In this document: positions 50,393 through 59,579 of the stretch, piece after piece | Layout: every line of letters begins with the position of its first letter | Position numbering within the stretch: the stretch's first letter is position 1 | NCBI GenBank assembly: GCA_964459325.1 | Contig: CAYWKU010000001.1 | Span: 158,040 to 222,039 of the forward strand | Length of the DNA: 64,000 bases | From: an uncultured bacterium | GTDB lineage: Bacteria; RBG-13-61-14; CAYWKU01 | Direction: 5' to 3' | Position numbers and translations under genes: made by a program | The notes under the pieces: model-generated | The model's input: only the letters and a program-made list of their open reading frames with translations | The model's database searches: none | Told to the model about the DNA's origin: nothing

Positions 50393-51955
50393 TTATTTGT
50401 GATTCCGTTGGTTGTTTAATTTGAGTCTACTCTTGAGAGTTCCTGTAGTTTTATGCTCTTGATAGGGCATAATCTTTAGTTGTTTGTTGGAGACTTTTAT
50501 TACTCCGCTTTTCCAATTTTTGAGACTCAACAAGAAAGTTTCGAACGCTGCGCCGATTTTGAAAAAGTGGGTGCTTGACCTGAATATGGCCCGGAAAAAT
50601 TGCTTGTTTTTGGGGTACATTCTGATAATGTTATAAACTCTCCAGGGCCTGAAATAAAATCGCCGGTAAGCGCTCCTGATTACTTTTTTTAAATCTACGA
50701 ATCCGTTGGCGGCCGTTTGGTAGACCGGTTTCCGGTAATGCAAGCTGGGCAGATTTTCTTCGTTAAATTCGTAGTCGGGATAGTTTTGTTTGACGATGTC
50801 GAAGAGCTCCGTTCTCGGGTAAGCCAATACCGAAAAGAACAATGCTCTGAGCGCTTTGCTCTTTATGGCGAATTTTATGGTTTCTTCCATCTCCTCGGGC
50901 GTTTCGGAAGGGAATCCGAGCATGAAAAAAGCAGAGGGAATGATGCCCGCGTTGTATGCTTTTTCCATGTTTTCCCTTACTTTTTCCACATCCAGGTTCT
51001 TTTTCATCATTTTCTGCAGCCTCGGAGTGACCGTTTCCACGGCGAAGACCATACAATAGGTGCCGGCTTGCGCCAGGAGCCGGATAAGCTCGTCGTCCAG
51101 CCTGTCTCCTCTCACCCCGTTGGGAAAGGCCAGCTTTATATCTATGCCGGAGCGAATGATTTCCCTGCAAATCTCTTTGGCCGTGTCCAGGTCGTAGTTG
51201 AAAATATCGTCGAAAAAATGAATTTCTTTTACTCCATAATCCCTGTTTAAAGCCCGGATTTCGTCCACCACGTTTTCAACGCTCCTGGCCCTGAAGCGCT
51301 TTCCGAAAATTTTATGGCAGTAAACGCACTTATAAGGACAGCCCCTGCTGGTCATTATAGGCATGTAAGGAGACTTGGCCAGGAAGGAGTTCATACTTAC
51401 CGTTTTGTCGTATGCCTTGATGTCTATGAGGTCCCATGCGGGATGGGGAATGCTGTCCATATCCGTGATAAAAGGACGGGGAGGATTTATAACATGCTCG
51501 CCATTGCTGCTGTAGGCGAGCCCCCGGATGTCGGTCCAGTCCTTTCCGGATTGAAGGCGGTCTAAAAGTTCGACGAAAGTTTCCTCGCCTTCTCCCACCA
51601 CGACAGCGTCCGGCTCGGGCTTGTTCAGCACATGGTCGGTGAAAAAAGTGGCGTGAGGGCCGCCTACTACTATGAAGGCCGACGGCAAAATACTCTTGGT
51701 CAGGGACATTATATTATACAGTCCGGGCGCTTCGACGGTCAGGACGCTGAAACCTACAACGTCGGGGTTATAGCTTTGGAGTAGCCGCTTATATTGGGCT
51801 ACCGAATGCATGCTGGCGCGCATATGAATGAGCTTCACCTCGGGGGGCGGGCTGACCCATTGACGGGCCGCGGAGGCCAGGTACATGGCTCCGAGAGGAG
51901 GGGTTACGCCAGCAGCCTCAACATACCACAAAGGGCGAACAAGTAATAATTTCAT
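50393..51955 (-). CDS. B12-binding domain radical SAM protein
   Basis: N-terminal B12-binding Rossmann domain plus radical SAM SRGCPYKCVYC. Start set at MKLLLVRP; the ORF extends to 52138, but the upstream codons look non-coding. Confidence 0.75.
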   Translation of the reverse strand: MKLLLVRPLWYVEAAGVTPPLGAMYLASAARQWVSPPPEVKLIHMRASMHSVAQYKRLLQSYNPDVVGFSVLTVEAPGLYNIMSLTKSILPSAFIVVGGPHATFFTDHVLNKPEPDAVVVGEGEETFVELLDRLQSGKDWTDIRGLAYSSNGEHVINPPRPFITDMDSIPHPAWDLIDIKAYDKTVSMNSFLAKSPYMPIMTSRGCPYKCVYCHKIFGKRFRARSVENVVDEIRALNRDYGVKEIHFFDDIFNYDLDTAKEICREIIRSGIDIKLAFPNGVRGDRLDDELIRLLAQAGTYCMVFAVETVTPRLQKMMKKNLDVEKVRENMEKAYNAGIIPSAFFMLGFPSETPEEMEETIKFAIKSKALRALFFSVLAYPRTELFDIVKQNYPDYEFNEENLPSLHYRKPVYQTAANGFVDLKKVIRSAYRRFYFRPWRVYNIIRMYPKNKQFFRAIFRSSTHFFKIGAAFETFLLSLKNWKSGVIKVSNKQLKIMPYQEHKTTGTLKSRLKLNNQRNHK

Positions 51956-52111
51956 GGGACTGAATTTTACCAATTTTACCAACCAAAAGTCAACCCCCTT
52001 TTTCTGATTAAATTTTGTGCAATTCATGTCTGGTTGTCCTTCAAAAATAAGTAATAAGTAACCAAAATGGCTAATTGCACTACCTATTAAAGGTTTACTT
52101 GCGTTCATTAC

Positions 52112-52146
52112 TGTCCAAAATAACCCGAAAATAGCCATTTTGGACG
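52112..52146. promoter_or_regulatory. operator-like inverted repeat TGTCCAAAAT-N15-ATTTTGGACG
   Basis: 10-bp arms. A related site CTGTCCAA-N14-TTGGACAG lies at 52350-52379 and a half-site at 52217-52226, in the divergent region. Confidence 0.5.
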
Positions 52147-52282
52147 GGTTAAGTCCCTGATTTTATTAGAGTATGCAAATAATCCAAAAACCTGGTTCAC
52201 TCTGTGTGGCATATGCTGTCCAAAATAGGAGGTCATAGCAAATTCCTGCGATTTCATTCAAAAAACTTCTCGAAAAGCCCCG

Positions 52283-52306
52283 GACAAGGGGCTTAAGCCC
52301 CTTGTC
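52283..52306. repeat. Repeat C copy 2 (perfect 24-bp palindrome GACAAGGGGCTTAAGCCCCTTGTC)
   Basis: Identical core to the copies at 20222-20270 and 58682-58706. Confidence 0.7.
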
Positions 52307-52645
52307 TGTTCTCCTTGTGAAAAATGCTCATGCTCGAAACAGGGATATGCTGTCCAATTACAAAACCGTTTTTGGACAGGTATGACTTGCGTTGGGGTAT
52401 AATTTATGTGTTAACCGAATATAATACCAATAGTATTTAATCCTCTAAGTTATTGTTTTTATTCGGAGAAACAAAATTTCCGCGCCAATTCCCGGCAGAG
52501 ACGGAGTTTCTAATAATTAATGGGGAGGTGGCAAGGGAGGAAACCGGGGGAGGTCCGGCGGGTTTGTGTACCTTGTTCGGCGGTCACTGCCGTGCTAGCT
52601 TATTTTCGTTGCGAATCAGTGAAAAAACAGGTGGGAGTATAAAGA

Positions 52646-53445
52646 TGAAACGACTGGTGGTTTTCACTTTAGCTTCGGCGGTTATTATGTGTTCCGTTGC
52701 GGCCGACCAGCTTACGGGCCGGGAAATACTTGATAAGGCGATGAAAAGATACCGGGGCGACAACTCCGTGCTCACGGTTTTGCTTTCAAAGGCAAAAATC
52801 GATAACCCCGATGACAAAAAGGAGTTTGAAATAACCACTTACCGACAGGTAAGGCCCGAGGTGTTAAAAGCCCTGATAGCGGTCAGAAGAGCCGAAAAGC
52901 GGGACAAAAAACCCATACTGTTTCTGGTATGGGATTGGAAGAGTTCCGAAAAAAAGGACCGGTTATGGTACTGCCTCCCTTCGCTCGGGAATTACCACAA
53001 GGTATCCATAGAAAAGGGGGAAAAGATGACCGCCCGCTACGGGTTCAGCATCGAGGACATGAAAGTCCGCGACCTGGACAGGGCCGACCACGAATTGAAA
53101 GGTTTGGTCGAATATGAGGGGGAAAAGGTCTACAAGGTTGTAAGCGTTCCTCATCATCCAAAGGAGGAGGGTTTTAAGAAGGTGGTGTCCATGATACGCC
53201 CCGGCAACTGGACCGCCGCTCTCGTCAAGTATATCGACCCGGCAGGCGACCCCTGGAAGATATTGCGCGTACACGAGGTGAAGAAGGTGGACGGAATCTG
53301 GACGGAAATGAGGGGCAGGCACGAGGATTACGAGCACAATTACATGGTGGATTTCGAGGTGCAAAAGGTGAGATACAACCTTACGCTATCCCCGAAGCTT
53401 TTCGTGTTTACCGAACCTCCTTACGGGATTATCGAAGGGAGCTGA
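52646..53445 (+). CDS. LolA-like outer-membrane lipoprotein-sorting family protein
   Basis: Start at MKRLVVF with RBS GGTGGGAG and a signal peptide. The body resembles the LolA-like fold (DUF4292/LolA_like). Confidence 0.5.
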
Positions 53446-53448
53446 CTC

Positions 53449-54261
53449 TTGCGCTCGGATGCCGGACCGGACACGGAGCGGGTCTCTTACAAAAGGCCGG
53501 TGTTGGAGGATTTTATCGAGGAGACCATACCTCCCGTAAACTACCTGGACACCGAGTTTTTCTTCAAAAGGGTGACCAGTGATGTGCTCGGATTCATTCG
53601 CCCCGAGTACGGCCCGGTGGTGTTGGATGTTGCAGCGGGCATGGGTATCGATTCCTCGATATTGAGCGGAAGGGGGTTCAAGGTGATTTCCCTGGAGCCG
53701 ATGCGCTCTCTGGTGCAATACTCGCTCTTTCATCATGCCGAAAAGGGTAATTACTCCTCACACTTGAGGGGCTACGCCGAGGAAATACCGCTTAAAGACC
53801 GCAGTGTTGACCAGGTTTTGTGCAAGGGCAGCCTGGACCACTTCCTCGACCCCCGGGCATCGTTGATGGAAATGCGCCGGGTGCTCAAGCCGGGGGGCAG
53901 GCTGGTGGCGGCGGTGGCGAACTACGACAGCCTGAGCTGCTATTTGTCCAAGTTCGCATGTTGGGTGAACGAGAAGCGCTACGGTACGCCGCAGGACGGA
54001 GAGGGCCGGGCTCATCACGAAATACCCTCCGACCACGTAACCAGGTTCAACGTAAAAGTGGCCAGGCAACTGGTGGGAGAATTTTACAAAATTGTCAGGG
54101 TGGTGGGCGTAGGTCTGTTATGGGGCACGCCGAAGTTGAATCTGATGTGGGAGAGGGCGCCCCGTAATGTGGCCGAAAAGTTTCTTGAGGTTATTTATTC
54201 CATAGCCCGCCCCTTTCCACAGATGGCGGACATGACCGTGCTCGAGTGTGTAAAAGCGTAG
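53449..54261 (+). CDS. class I SAM-dependent methyltransferase
   Basis: VLDVAAGMGIDSSIL motif I and LKPGGRLV motif; TTG start inferred. Confidence 0.65.
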   Translation: MRSDAGPDTERVSYKRPVLEDFIEETIPPVNYLDTEFFFKRVTSDVLGFIRPEYGPVVLDVAAGMGIDSSILSGRGFKVISLEPMRSLVQYSLFHHAEKGNYSSHLRGYAEEIPLKDRSVDQVLCKGSLDHFLDPRASLMEMRRVLKPGGRLVAAVANYDSLSCYLSKFACWVNEKRYGTPQDGEGRAHHEIPSDHVTRFNVKVARQLVGEFYKIVRVVGVGLLWGTPKLNLMWERAPRNVAEKFLEVIYSIARPFPQMADMTVLECVKA

Positions 54262-54264
54262 CTT

Positions 54265-54984
54265 ATGATAATCCCCTACAAGGATATAAACCCCACCCGG
54301 CGCACGCCCGTGGTTACCGTTACCCTTATAGTGCTCAATGCCCTTGTGTTTCTTTTTATGACCATGGGGGCTGCCGCGAACCCCCATTTTTATCAGCATG
54401 TTATACGCGAGTACGGCCTCATTCCCGCCCACTTTTTTTCCGATAAGCTGTTCGAGCTGGGGGTAGCGCTTCCTGTTGTTTTCAAGCCGTTTACGGCCAT
54501 GTTTCTGCACGGCGGCCTCTTCCATGTGGCGGGCAACATGCTGTACCTGTGGATATTCGGCAACAACGTCGAAGATTACCTCGGCCATTTCAAGTTCATA
54601 CTTTTTTATTTACTTACCGGCATAATAGCGGCGGTTTCTTTCATGGTGATTGAATACGACAGCACGGTGCCCATGGTGGGCGCCAGCGGCGCCGTGGCGG
54701 GAGTTATGGGCGCGTATCTGATGTTGTGGCCCCATGCCCGTGTGAGGACTTTCCTGTTCCTGTTCATCTTCATAACCATCATCGAGATTCCGGCGGTTTT
54801 GCTGTTGGGAGTATGGATTTTCATACAGGTCATGAACGGCATGGCCGCCTGCAGCGCCGGTGGCGGCACGGGAGTGGCGTGGTTCGCTCACGTAGGGGGA
54901 TTTATCGCCGGGTTGGGGATTATCCGGTGGAGCATGAAAAGACGCGGCATGAAAAGAAGCCCCCGGGTGAGAATAATTCGTTGA
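54265..54984 (+). CDS. rhomboid family intramembrane serine protease
   Basis: GASGAVAGVMGAY (catalytic Ser context) and a downstream AHVGGFIAG segment carrying His; 6 TM helices. Confidence 0.8.
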   Translation: MIIPYKDINPTRRTPVVTVTLIVLNALVFLFMTMGAAANPHFYQHVIREYGLIPAHFFSDKLFELGVALPVVFKPFTAMFLHGGLFHVAGNMLYLWIFGNNVEDYLGHFKFILFYLLTGIIAAVSFMVIEYDSTVPMVGASGAVAGVMGAYLMLWPHARVRTFLFLFIFITIIEIPAVLLLGVWIFIQVMNGMAACSAGGGTGVAWFAHVGGFIAGLGIIRWSMKRRGMKRSPRVRIIR

Positions 54985-55029
54985 AAATCCTTGAAAAATC
55001 GCTTGCTTTAGTCTACTTTTACTTCCGAA

Positions 55030-56394
55030 ATGGATAGAATCGCCAGATTCTTCGGCTTCCGCGAGGCGGGTACCACCTTCCGCACCGAAACAGTGGCCGG
55101 GGTTACCACCTTCATGACCATGGCCTACATCATCTTCGTTAATCCCAGCATCCTCGCCAATCCGCAAGGTTCCGGCATGTCCTTCGAGGGGGTGCTCATT
55201 GCCACCTGTGTCGCCAGCTTCCTCGCTACCCTGCTTATCGGCCTTTATGCCAACTATCCCATAGCCGCCGCGCCGGGCATGGGGCTTAACGCTTTCTTGA
55301 GTTTTGTTATATGCGGCTCTATGGGGGTGCCGTGGCAGGCGGCGCTGGGCATGGTCTTGATAAGTGGAGCTATTTTCGCGGTTCTCACCGTAGCGGGCGT
55401 GTGGGAGAAGGTCATAGACGCGGTGCCCCAGTCCCTGAAATATGCCACCGCATGTGGAATCGGCGCTTTCATCGCCTTCATCGGCTTCCAGCACGCGGGC
55501 CTGGTTGAAAAGGACCCGGTCACTTTCGTAACCTTCGGCGATTTGACCTCACTCCGTACCCTGCTTTCCATAGGCGGCCTGGTGCTTACAGTGGCCCTGA
55601 TAGCGAGGAATATTAAAGGAGCCATACTGATAGGGGTGATTGTCACCGGCATTGCCGGTTTCGCGATGGGTACAATCGAGCTGGTTCAGCCGGAAGCCGC
55701 GAAACAGGGCACATTCTTCCGGGTGGAAATTCTGGAGACTCTCAAAATCTGGAAGCATCCGAATTTCATAGCCCCCATACTTATACTTCTGTTTTTCGAC
55801 ATGTTCGATACGGTGGGAACTCTCATCGGTGTCGGCGAACAGGCGGGCCTGATGGTGGATGGCCGCCTCCCGCGCGGTCGCCAGGCGCTTTTGAGTGACG
55901 CCCTGGGCACTTGCGTGGGCGCCGCTCTGGGCACCAGCACGGTTACAAGTTACATCGAAAGCGCCAGCGGAGTGAGCGAAGGCGGGCGGACGGGGTTTTC
56001 CAACGTGATAACCGCCCTTTTGTTCCTGGCGGTGCTCGGACTGTTCCTTCTGGCGAGGGCTATGGGGATGGGAACTCTGGCGGAGGGGGGAGCGGAGCTG
56101 GCGCCGATAACCGCTCCGGCCCTGATAGTCGTGGGCACACTGATGATGGCCAACATCGCCAGAATACCGTGGGATGATTTCACCGAGGCGTTTCCGGCGT
56201 TCCTGGTCATTATCCTGATGCCGCTCACCTACAATATCTCCACCGGCCTGGCCGCCGGCTTTATCACCTATCCGTTGCTCAAACTCTTCCGGGGCGAGGG
56301 CAGTAAGGTACATGTTCTGATGTATGTGCTGGGCGGGCTTATATTGGCCGGATATATTTTCGTAAGCGTCTATCGAGCGATTGCAGGCTCATAG
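55030..56394 (+). CDS. NCS2 family purine permease (AzgA/PbuG-like)
   Basis: Typical N-terminus TEVVAGVTTFMTMAYIIFVNP. Confidence 0.8.
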   Translation: MDRIARFFGFREAGTTFRTETVAGVTTFMTMAYIIFVNPSILANPQGSGMSFEGVLIATCVASFLATLLIGLYANYPIAAAPGMGLNAFLSFVICGSMGVPWQAALGMVLISGAIFAVLTVAGVWEKVIDAVPQSLKYATACGIGAFIAFIGFQHAGLVEKDPVTFVTFGDLTSLRTLLSIGGLVLTVALIARNIKGAILIGVIVTGIAGFAMGTIELVQPEAAKQGTFFRVEILETLKIWKHPNFIAPILILLFFDMFDTVGTLIGVGEQAGLMVDGRLPRGRQALLSDALGTCVGAALGTSTVTSYIESASGVSEGGRTGFSNVITALLFLAVLGLFLLARAMGMGTLAEGGAELAPITAPALIVVGTLMMANIARIPWDDFTEAFPAFLVIILMPLTYNISTGLAAGFITYPLLKLFRGEGSKVHVLMYVLGGLILAGYIFVSVYRAIAGS

Positions 56395-56411
56395 GGGAAG
56401 GATTCACAACC

Positions 56412-56942
56412 ATGGAAGAGAACTCCCGCAGAGACAGGTTGCCCCTGCGGTTGAGAATCAAATATGTGACGGTGGACCAGTTTTTGATTGATTACACCGA
56501 GAACATACGAAAAGGTGGGAGCTTTGTCCGCACCGGCAAGCCTTTGCCTCCCGGCACACGGCTGCACCTGGAGCTGGAAGTGGCGGGGGTGCCGGTATTT
56601 ATAAAGTTGAGAGGGCGGGTGGCATGGATTAACCACCCGAGGGGAGAATGGCACCGCCCCAACCTTCCGCCCGGCATGGGAATTCTTTTCTTTTTTGCCG
56701 ACGAATCGTCGAAAAACCTGCTGGAAAACCTGGTTACCCGTCTTGAAAAAGCGCCAGAATCGCGGGAAAAGAGAATAAGCCCCGAGTATCTGGCGGAGTT
56801 GATAAGGAAGCTCCGGCCGGATATCCGCCAACTGGTAAAAGAAAAAGGCGACGAAAGCGACTTGCTTGGACACCAGATTCGTCATATACTTAATGACGAG
56901 GAGAGTGATGACTCTCCAGAGGTGAAGGATGAGCAAGGGTAA
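56412..56942 (+). CDS. PilZ domain protein
   Basis: RxxxR (RRDRLPLRLR) and D/N-x-S-x-x-G (TENIRKGGSF) c-di-GMP-binding motifs. Confidence 0.7.
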   Translation: MEENSRRDRLPLRLRIKYVTVDQFLIDYTENIRKGGSFVRTGKPLPPGTRLHLELEVAGVPVFIKLRGRVAWINHPRGEWHRPNLPPGMGILFFFADESSKNLLENLVTRLEKAPESREKRISPEYLAELIRKLRPDIRQLVKEKGDESDLLGHQIRHILNDEESDDSPEVKDEQG

Positions 56943-57666
56943 AGTGCTTATAGTGGACGATACCGCCACTTATCGGCAGATGCTGGGCGACGCGCTGGTA
57001 GAAGCCGATTACGAGGTGGATTACGCTAAAGACGGACTGGAGGCGTTGGACAAGCTCAAAGAACAACTCGCCTCTATCGACCTGGTAGTGCTTGACCTTC
57101 TAATGCCCAAGATGCTCGGGTTCGACGTGCTCAAGGAAGTGCGTCGGATGGAGGGCGGCGACAACCTGGCGGTAATGGTTATCTCCGGCCTCTTCAAAAG
57201 CATGGATGATTTGAAACAGGTCAGGAACCTGGGCGCTGTGGGGTTTATAGACAAGGATTGGAGCCTCGAGGACGTGGTGGCCCGGATTGATAATTACCTG
57301 CATCCCCAGTGGGAGGACAAGTTTGTAAATCAGGCCAAGGCCTCCTATCTGGTTTCTTACAAAGTCGGCGAAAAGCCCTACTCGGCGTATACGCACAGCA
57401 TCGGCCCGGACGGAATTTACATCAACACAACGGAAGTAGGCCCGCCCGGCGCGGAGGTAAAGGTCAGGTTCAGGCTGGATGAGCAGGGCGAAACCATCGA
57501 GGCCCAAGGCAGAATATCACTGGTGGTCACCGAGACGGAAACCTCCGGCAAATGGAAACTTCCCCCCGGTATTGCCGTCGAGTTTACCGAGATAACCCCC
57601 GAGCACAAAACTGCGATTGAAGAGTGTATGAAGAAGCTCTCCGGCGATTCGGCGGGCACAGCCTGA
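56929..57666 (+). CDS. response-regulator receiver domain protein with a C-terminal PilZ-like domain
   Basis: REC: VLIVDDTATYR...VLDLLMPKMLG...GFIDK. The C-terminal beta-rich region IGPDGIYINTTE..VEF is PilZ-like; 14-bp overlap. Confidence 0.65.
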   Translation: MSKGKVLIVDDTATYRQMLGDALVEADYEVDYAKDGLEALDKLKEQLASIDLVVLDLLMPKMLGFDVLKEVRRMEGGDNLAVMVISGLFKSMDDLKQVRNLGAVGFIDKDWSLEDVVARIDNYLHPQWEDKFVNQAKASYLVSYKVGEKPYSAYTHSIGPDGIYINTTEVGPPGAEVKVRFRLDEQGETIEAQGRISLVVTETETSGKWKLPPGIAVEFTEITPEHKTAIEECMKKLSGDSAGTA

Positions 57667-57723
57667 ACACATCCCGATAAAATATCCCGGAAATTTTGAT
57701 GTAAAAGGCGGGCGCCCCGGACG

Positions 57724-58497
57724 CTAGAGTTTTTCTTTCACCAGGTCCGCAATCGGCGGAAGCACTTCCGACGCCTCCCCATGTATTACTACGTCGGCGA
57801 ACTGGTCCATCATGGTGGGAGCGAGGTTGATTATTACCAGCGAAGCTCCCGCGTGCTTTGCGTAAACCGGCATGGAAGCCGCCGGTTGCACCACCAGGCT
57901 CGAGCCTACCACGATAAACAAATCCGATGCCCGGCTTTTCTCGAAAGCCTCGCGGGTTTCCTTCTCCGGCATGGGCTCTCCGAACAGGACAGAGGCGCTT
58001 TTGAGCATGCCGCCGCATACGGAGCACTCGGGTATTTCCTCCCCCGCCTCCAACCTTTGCTGTATTTCGTCGCGACTGAACCTGGCGTTACACTCCATGC
58101 ACAACACCCACTGAGCGTTACCGTGTAGCTCGATGACCTTGGCGCTGCCCGCCGCCTGGTGAAGGTTGTCCACGTTCTGGGTGATTACACAGTCCACCTT
58201 TCCCAGTTTTCCCAGCTCGCTCATGGCCAGGTGAGCGGGATTGGGCAAGGCATTGAACATTCCGGTGGTTTCCTTGAACATGCGCCATCTTTTGCGGCGG
58301 TTTTCTTCGCTGGAAATGAATTTCTGGTAAGTAAAATCCTCCGGATTATACCGGCTCCATATACCCCCCGGGCTTCGAAAATCCGGTATCCCGCTGGCCA
58401 CGCTCACTCCGGCCCCCGTAAAAAATAAGCAAGCTTCGCTTTTCACTATGAGGTCGGAAACAAACTCGGAAGGGTCATCTGTCTTCTCATAGGACAT
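57724..58497 (-). CDS. NAD-dependent protein deacylase (Sir2 family)
   Basis: GAGVSVASGIPDFR, a CxxC...CxxC zinc ribbon and QNVDNLH. Confidence 0.85.
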   Translation of the reverse strand: MSYEKTDDPSEFVSDLIVKSEACLFFTGAGVSVASGIPDFRSPGGIWSRYNPEDFTYQKFISSEENRRKRWRMFKETTGMFNALPNPAHLAMSELGKLGKVDCVITQNVDNLHQAAGSAKVIELHGNAQWVLCMECNARFSRDEIQQRLEAGEEIPECSVCGGMLKSASVLFGEPMPEKETREAFEKSRASDLFIVVGSSLVVQPAASMPVYAKHAGASLVIINLAPTMMDQFADVVIHGEASEVLPPIADLVKEKL

Positions 58498-58552
58498 TTC
58501 AATCCCCCACATCCTCAATCATATAAGATGGTGATGATTTGTTCAACAGCGG

Positions 58553-58616
58553 GAAGGGACTTCGTCCCTTCACTCTTCACTGCGGCAGGAGCTTCGCTCC
58601 TGCACCTTTCACTGCG
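58553..58616. repeat. two tandem 32-bp units, each an 8-bp-stem/TTC-loop hairpin followed by ACYYTTCACTGCG
   Basis: GAAGGGAC-TTC-GTCCCTTC + ACTCTTCACTGCG, then GCAGGAGC-TTC-GCTCCTGC + ACCTTTCACTGCG. The stems differ in sequence but the structure is conserved. Confidence 0.65.
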
Positions 58617-58681
58617 CTCACGCTTGGCCTTGCGGATACTCCACTTCCTCGTTTGTTCGCGCAGTAGCATGAGTGAAAAAA

Positions 58682-58706
58682 GACAAGGGGGCTTAAGCCC
58701 CTTATC
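58682..58706. repeat. Repeat C copy 3 (imperfect)
   Basis: GACAAGGGGGCTTAAGCCCCTTATC. Confidence 0.55.
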
Positions 58707-58865
58707 CCATTGCTCGCGCAGATACATTGGTGACAGAGAGAAGAAAAATTTCCTGTACCTTGCGCGGCAATTCGCGGTTAAATCCCATGCGCCCGATGTT
58801 TGACGCTCCCTCCGAAAGTGCAGGCATGTGGACTGCTCCGGGGCGAAGGATTATAATTAACTCCA

Positions 58866-59558
58866 ATGGTTATTGACGGAGCGAGAAACGCAGTAAAACC
58901 CGCACTGGTGCCGGTGGCCTTCTTTGACCTCGACGACACCATCATCGACACCAAGTCCGACTGGTTATGGGCCAAGTGGCGAGCTACACGCGGTCTGAAG
59001 GGCTGGGTGGAAATGGCCTTACTTATAATGATGTACAGGGATTACAATCATGGCAGGTTGAAAGTAGAAAGGCTGATACGGTACCAGTTGTATCGCGTCG
59101 GCAAGAAAAGTCCGATAGCTTTCAGAGCGCTCGCTCTCAAGTTCTTCATAGAAAAAGGGGAAGCGCACATTTACAAGGACGCCATCAGGATAATTCAGGC
59201 TCAAAAGGAAGCGGGGAGCAGGGTGGTAATGATTACCGCTCAGCACGACATAATAGCTACTCATTTCGCTCAAAGGTTGGGCATGGACGACCTCATCGCC
59301 AACCACGTCCTGGTGAAAAACAACAGGTTCACAGATACCGTAAAGCCTTATTGCTACCGCGAGGGAAAGGTTCACTGGGCCAAAAGGTATGCCCGGACCG
59401 TCGGTGTGAACCTTTCCGAATGCGCCTTCTACTCCGATAGCATCAACGATGTTCCTCTCCTGGAAGAAGTGGGTAAACCGGTTGCGGTTAACCCCGATGC
59501 CATGCTGGAAACTTACGCCCGCCAGAGGGAGTGGTTGGCAGTATCATTTGGGGAATAG
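58866..59558 (+). CDS. HAD-IB family hydrolase
   Basis: DxD motif AFFDLDDTII; about 230 aa. Confidence 0.7.
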   Translation: MVIDGARNAVKPALVPVAFFDLDDTIIDTKSDWLWAKWRATRGLKGWVEMALLIMMYRDYNHGRLKVERLIRYQLYRVGKKSPIAFRALALKFFIEKGEAHIYKDAIRIIQAQKEAGSRVVMITAQHDIIATHFAQRLGMDDLIANHVLVKNNRFTDTVKPYCYREGKVHWAKRYARTVGVNLSECAFYSDSINDVPLLEEVGKPVAVNPDAMLETYARQREWLAVSFGE

Positions 59559-59579
59559 AACGGCGCCCCCGCCTCGGAT

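Noticed and set aside
52205-52220. Sigma-54 promoter (TGGCATATGCTGT)
   Set aside because: The GG-N10-GC spacing is not satisfied.
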